Positions 7,553 to 11,733 of a stretch of DNA of 11,733 nt are shown piece by piece. The notes beneath the pieces were generated by a model. That model was not told the origin of the DNA. It worked only from the letters and a program-made list of their open reading frames with translations, and did no database searches. Every line of letters starts with the position of its first letter. Position 1 is the stretch's first letter. A program made the translations under genes and the position numbers. Origin of the DNA: a virus; IMG/VR virus record IMGVR_UViG_3300045988_021489; one strand, written 5' to 3'.

Positions 7553-9763
7553 TTAGTCCTTAAATTTAATTCCACGCAAATAATTTATGTACATAACCGA
7601 AAGGGAAAGGCTGTATCCGGTCGGCTCTAAATGTACGCCCGTGCGTTCGTTGTAATGCGCCGTGCTGCCTTTGTAGTCGGTTATTTCGCCTTGTATCTCG
7701 TAGTCTATGTACGTATGTATGTTTTTGCCCGTTGCTTGCGGCGGTATATCCAAATAGTTGGTAAACGCATCAAAGATACCGTTTTCGCCGTACTTTTCAA
7801 TAAGATACGGTATCGCCGCCTTTTTGTTCACTCCCGACACGGTTAAACTGAAATCGTATGCCCGTCCGCCTGCTTTTAGTGCGTTGGGTTCTTGCACCAT
7901 ATAGCGTTTAGCCCCCAAAGTCTTAAACCTTGTATATGTACCCTCGAAATCCCAAACGCCCAAAGTCTTTGTTATGCCTTTTATCGTTTGCGGCTCGCAA
8001 AGCGAAAACGGCAAACCGTGGTACTTGCAGGCTGCACGTAATTTCATTTGCACCTGCATATTATAAGCCTTGAAATACGCTTCGTGCGCTTTGCCGTTCA
8101 TTATTTTAATGCTGTCGGTGTCGCTGTATATGTAATCGTCTTTCGCTTCGTGTATGCCCGTGAAAAGGTTGCGCCGTGCGTATGCGGTTACGAAAATGCC
8201 CCACGGGTAAAACAAGAAACGGTTTTTGCTGGTGTTGTACTTGTATAAAAGTTCCTGCTTTTGTTCGGCTGTCATTGAGTTAATATCCCATTCGCCGTTA
8301 TATGTAAACTCATCACGCAAAGGGTTGGTAACACTCATACCGTAACAACTGTTTAACATTTCCTTGCTGTTAAGATATTCCACTTCTTTGCCCTCAACTC
8401 CTTTTAATTTCGTCTTGCTTTCGTACAAATGAAGGATAGATTTTACAAACGGGGTCGGCAAATAGTCTTTCTTGTAACAATACATTTCACCCACACGCAT
8501 ACTTTCCCACGTATAAAAGTTTTTGATTATATTAAAATCCACGTCCGTAATTGTCAGCGCAATTTTTGAAGCCGCCACAATACGCCCGTTATTTTCGCAC
8601 GGGTTTTCTTTCACAAAACATTTGCTTGCGCTTATCGGGTTGTCTTGCGTTTCGCTGGCAAATATGTTGGTAAACTCAATATCAAACACGCAACAATACT
8701 TTGATATTAAAAACTCAAATTGCGCCATACTCTTAACCGTGATTGCAACGCCTTGCGACATCGGGTATTTTTCCGCTATCATTACATACGGGTAACTGCT
8801 TGTAAAGTCGTAACTATCCACGTTGTACATTATTTCGTCTGTATATTCGGCGATGGCGTGTGTAAAACCGCCTGCAAACGCACGTTGCAGCATATTAAAT
8901 TCATTCATACCCGTAATTTGTAATTCCTGCATCAAGTTCACGTAATCCCAATTTGGTACGGTCTTTCCTGCATCGCTTTTTTCACGCAAACAATGCGCAC
9001 GGCAATACTTGCGCACAAACCCCGTCTTTGTTATCGGTATGTGCGTTATCCCCTTGCTTTCCTCTATACGTTCCTGTATGTAGCACATCACTACTTTAAT
9101 ATCGTTTATGCAATAGTGTATTTCCGCATCAGTAAGCGGCGTTTCGCTGTGCCTTATTTGCTGGTAGTCCAAATCGCCAACGGCTTTTGCACACTTGTAT
9201 TTCATAAGTTGTTCGCCCAACTTTGCAAGCGAATAACCCGAAAGCAAGTAACTGCATCTAAACTCAATGTTGCCCGTTGTTATTGCGTAAATCGGTTTGC
9301 GCAAATCAATACTGAAAACCCGTTGCCACTCAAACCACTTGCGCAAAAACTGAAATTCGTATGAAAGGTTATGCACATACACAATAAGGCGTAATTAGTC
9401 ATTCAGCCCTAAAACCTCGCTTACGGTCTGCATCATCGTGACAAACTCGCCCCACGTGCGCCCCATTATCGTATATCCGTTTATGCCAAACTGCCAAACG
9501 TACATTATTGCGGCTTTCTCTAATTTCGCCTTGCGCCCGTTCCCGTCCTGCATACGCTGCATTTGCTCGTATGTGTACGCCCGTCCGTCCGTATCACGGT
9601 AAAAACTTGTTGTTTCAATATCAAAGGCGCACGGGATATTGTAAAACCTTTCGCCCTTGCTGTTTCCGATAATGTTCTTTTCGTTTACGGCACGTTGCAA
9701 CACGCTTGCAATTTCGGTCGGGCTGTTTATTCTTTCTTGTAACTCAAAAGGTATTTTTTTCAT
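7553..9763 (-). CDS. Protein-primed family-B DNA polymerase, interrupted by one in-frame TAA (9395-9397); about 736 codons if read through
   Basis: Exo I motif CAFDIETTSF in ORF 9395-9763. Exo II YVHNLSYEFQFL, Pol motif DFTSSYPYVM, SKEMLNSCYGMSVTNP, YSDTDSIK and KTLGAKRYM in ORF 7553-9382. Both ORFs are in the same frame, joined by ...GLND*LRLIVYVHNLSYEF. Confidence 0.88.
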
Positions 9764-10413
9764 AACCCAAACTTATTAAAGTTGCGCAATATCCGTTCTA
9801 TATCGTTTTGCATATCCTCCATTTGGTCGGCTACTTCATTTGCCTGCCTTTCTATTTCCGCATCAATCGCCCGTGATATGCTTTGCGCTTCACTTTCTAT
9901 TTGGGTGCTTATATCGCTTGCGCTTTGCTCCATTTCGCCCGTGAAATCTTTGTACCGCATCAAATAACGCTCCACGAAATCACTATCCGAAACGCTGTTT
10001 AACTTGCCTTGCAAGTTCCTTGCCATTAAATTGTACTCATCGGGCGTTAAATCGTACATACGTTGCAGGTGTTGCCCGTACTGCCTTGCACCTTGCGCCG
10101 TACTTGTCGGCTGGCGTAAAAACGAAATCGCCTTGCCGTACTCAATTTTTAGGGTGTTCCAATCGCCTTTCATTGAAAACTTGGTAAACCCTTTTACATC
10201 GCCTTTGTTTAACGCTTGCACGGCTGGCGAAAGTTGTCCGCTTTGCTCTATATTCTGTATTCGGCGGTTCGCCATTTGGAAAACCCTTGCAATCTCTTTT
10301 CTATATTCGGGGCTGCTTTCCACGGCTTGCAATATCTCTTTTTTGATTTTCGCCCGTTGGGTTGCTCCAAATACAGACTTTGTAAATTTAATCTTGAAAC
10401 CTAACTTTGCCAT
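9760..10413 (-). CDS. Candidate terminal protein (primer for DNA replication)
   Basis: 217 aa, basic N-terminus, ends in a 4-bp overlap with the polymerase start (9760-9763), the typical TP-polymerase synteny. Motif EIARVFQMANRRIQNIEQSGQLSPAVQAL resembles small-phage terminal proteins. Confidence 0.6.
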   Translation of the reverse strand: MAKLGFKIKFTKSVFGATQRAKIKKEILQAVESSPEYRKEIARVFQMANRRIQNIEQSGQLSPAVQALNKGDVKGFTKFSMKGDWNTLKIEYGKAISFLRQPTSTAQGARQYGQHLQRMYDLTPDEYNLMARNLQGKLNSVSDSDFVERYLMRYKDFTGEMEQSASDISTQIESEAQSISRAIDAEIERQANEVADQMEDMQNDIERILRNFNKFGL

Positions 10414-10430
10414 AACGGTATTATATTAAA

Positions 10431-10457
10431 TAGGGGTTGCAAACATTGCAACCCCTA
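10431..10457. promoter_or_regulatory. Perfect 12-bp-arm palindrome, operator or 5' mRNA hairpin
   Basis: TAGGGGTTGCAA-ACA-TTGCAACCCCTA. Confidence 0.7.
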
Positions 10458-10465
10458 CAAAGTTA
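10458..10465 (-). promoter_or_regulatory. -7 box (TAACTTTG) for the TP-polymerase operon
   Basis: Matches TAnnTTTG on minus, identical to the -7 box of the plus-strand promoter; 45 nt upstream of ATG 10413. Confidence 0.5.
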
Positions 10466-10484
10466 AACATAACTTTCCAAACTC

Positions 10485-10841
10485 TTACAAGTCCACAAAC
10501 GAAATAGAATAACACTTCTTGCCGTGGCTCTCGTACTCGTAAATCGTGTACCCGACTTTGCCGTCTTTGATAGTTTGTACCGCCTCATCATCGGCAAGTA
10601 TTTCACGCACCGTTTCGGCGGTGTGGCTTGGCAGGTTCACCAGCCGTTTGTTTTCCTCATCAATAATTACGGGGCTGTCGCCTAATTGCGACTTGTGGAC
10701 ATAAAGCCCATTGATTTTGTGTACCACATCTTTGCCGCCCTCATTTTCAGAGTTGAAAATATCGGTTAACTTGGTGTACTGAAAATCGGTTGTGTCAATG
10801 CCAAACGTGGTCTTGTTAAATTTACTTGCAAAACTTTTCAT
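10485..10841 (-). CDS. Hypothetical early protein, 118 aa
   Basis: ATG start, TAA stop. Early position compatible with an ssDNA-binding or replication accessory role, but no motif supports this. Confidence 0.7.
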   Translation of the reverse strand: MKSFASKFNKTTFGIDTTDFQYTKLTDIFNSENEGGKDVVHKINGLYVHKSQLGDSPVIIDEENKRLVNLPSHTAETVREILADDEAVQTIKDGKVGYTIYEYESHGKKCYSISFVDL

Positions 10842-10880
10842 TGTAGTAATTCTTTTAATTGTTAAACTTGGTGTTAATTG

Positions 10881-11093
10881 TTATTCGGCTGTCTGTCCTT
10901 GCGGTTCGCCGTCAAACGGCAAATTTGGATCGGGGTTGGCTTGCGGCTTCAAGTCCATAAGCCACGCACGAAAGCGGTTTATTTTCATAACTGCCCGTTG
11001 GTTGCGGCATACTTCATTACACGCCATAAGGCTACCCAAAGCCGACAAAGCGGCAAACGAAAACTCGTCAAATGCGTTTCTTTTTTCTTCCAT
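10881..11093 (-). CDS. Hypothetical early protein, 70 aa
   Basis: ATG start, TAA stop, shares its 5' leader sequence with the next gene. Confidence 0.6.
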   Translation of the reverse strand: MEEKRNAFDEFSFAALSALGSLMACNEVCRNQRAVMKINRFRAWLMDLKPQANPDPNLPFDGEPQGQTAE

Positions 11094-11124
11094 TGTAGTA
11101 AACTTTTAATTGTTAAACTTATTG

Positions 11125-11355
11125 TTATTTTGTTTTTGGAAACTTCACCGTACCGCCGTGGTAGATATACGTTGTATCGGTTGTTATTATCACTGCTTTG
11201 CCGCTGCTTGCGCTTTCACGTTGTACGCTGCAACCCTGCAAGATTGCAGATAGAAACAACATCGCACCGCAAACGGCAAAAATCATTACACACATTGCAA
11301 CTTCTTTAATTGCTTCTTTCGGTTGCTCTTTGAAATGCTTTATTAACTCTTTCAT
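11125..11355 (-). CDS. Small membrane-anchored/lipoprotein-like protein, 76 aa
   Basis: Hydrophobic segment VAMCVMIFAVCGAMLFLSAILQGC ending in an LQGC lipobox-like motif; promoter-like sequence upstream. Confidence 0.65.
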   Translation of the reverse strand: MKELIKHFKEQPKEAIKEVAMCVMIFAVCGAMLFLSAILQGCSVQRESASSGKAVIITTDTTYIYHGGTVKFPKTK

Positions 11356-11382
11356 ATTTCAACTTGTTTAAGTAACACGTTG

Positions 11383-11411
11383 CAAAGATACAACTTTTTT
11401 CAAACATACAA
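11383..11411 (-). promoter_or_regulatory. Bacteroidota-type early promoter
   Basis: On minus: TTG (11411-11409), 18-nt spacer, TATCTTTG (11390-11383), 27 nt upstream of ATG 11355. Confidence 0.5.
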
Positions 11412-11463
11412 GCATAAGCGCACAAATTATTTTCGTTTTAACTTTTCTTAACTCTTGGTGTTG

Positions 11464-11479
11464 TGTTCCACGTGAAACA
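11464..11479 (+). promoter_or_regulatory. parS-like centromere site (inner, right TIR)
   Basis: TGTTCCACGTGAAACA, exact. Confidence 0.85.
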
Positions 11480-11505
11480 ATTTATTTTGTGCATCGGTGT
11501 GGCAG

Positions 11506-11521
11506 TGTTCCACGTGAAACA
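11506..11521 (+). promoter_or_regulatory. parS-like centromere site (outer, right TIR)
   Basis: TGTTCCACGTGAAACA, exact. Confidence 0.85.
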
Positions 11522-11681
11522 ATTTCACGGGCGCACACGCATAACAAAAACCGTGCCAAAGTCGGGCGCAATGTGTTAAATTTTGGTAATTGCGACCCAT
11601 AGCAAAAAGCGTGCCACAAAGTGTTTGCAAATGTTAAAAGTGCGTTGGGAAACGTTAAATAGGGGTCAGTAGCGTACCTTT

Positions 11682-11733
11682 AGATCGGAAGAGCGGTTCA
11701 GCAGGAATGCCGAGACCGATATCGTATGCCGTC
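11682..11733 (-). other. Illumina paired-end adapter sequence, reverse complement of 1-52 (assembly artefact)
   Basis: agatcggaagagcggttcagcaggaatgccgagaccgatatcgtatgccgtc is the standard read-through adapter, with the same single mismatch as the left copy. Confidence 0.97.

Larger units (their letters stand above)
11460..11681 (-). repeat. Right terminal inverted repeat (222 bp, perfect)
   Basis: Reverse complement of 53-274; ends ...GCGTACCTTT. Confidence 0.95.

Noticed and set aside
7553-9763. Genome-wide stop-codon reassignment as the explanation for the split polymerase and tail genes
   Set aside because: Both internal stops are TAA, which also terminates most other genes here, while the remaining ORFs are intact under the standard code. 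TAA-sense recoding is therefore unlikely, though context-specific readthrough is not excluded.
53-11681. tRNA, rRNA, integrase, transposase or diversity-generating retroelement
   Set aside because: No reverse transcriptase, recombinase or tRNA cloverleaf was recognised on either strand; the tail-gene repeats are protein-level repeats, not a template/variable repeat pair.

Overview
The window looks like a complete, very small linear phage genome, in the lineage of phi29-like podophages with protein-primed replication and a putative Bacteroidota host. It is flanked on both ends by 52 nt of un-trimmed Illumina paired-end adapter (1-52 and 11682-11733). The real genome is probably 53-11681 (11,629 bp). 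It starts 5'-AAAGGTAC and ends in a perfect 222-bp terminal inverted repeat (53-274 / 11460-11681).

Almost everything is coded on the minus strand, in this order: small membrane/lipoprotein-like ORF, two unknown early ORFs, candidate terminal protein, family-B DNA polymerase, gp16-like packaging ATPase, holin-like protein, connector/portal, unknown ORF, HK97-fold major capsid protein, tail-knob-like ORF, and a large repeat-containing tail/appendage-like gene. One unknown ORF lies on the plus strand at the left end.

Main observations:
(1) Each terminal inverted repeat carries two 16-bp sites matching the bacterial chromosomal centromere parS (TGTTCCACGTGAAACA), four in all, with no parA/parB gene on the phage.
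(2) Two genes, the DNA polymerase and the tail repeat protein, are each interrupted by exactly one in-frame TAA, with homologous coding sequence continuing on both sides and no ATG available for the downstream half.
(3) A perfect 12-bp-arm palindrome abuts a Bacteroidota-type -7 box ahead of the terminal protein/polymerase operon and shares a 12-mer with the TIR.
(4) There are near-duplicate 5' leaders, a degenerate acidic repeat tail on the portal, no recognisable endolysin, and an unexplained divergent ORF.

All family assignments are from reading motifs by eye; no database search was run.
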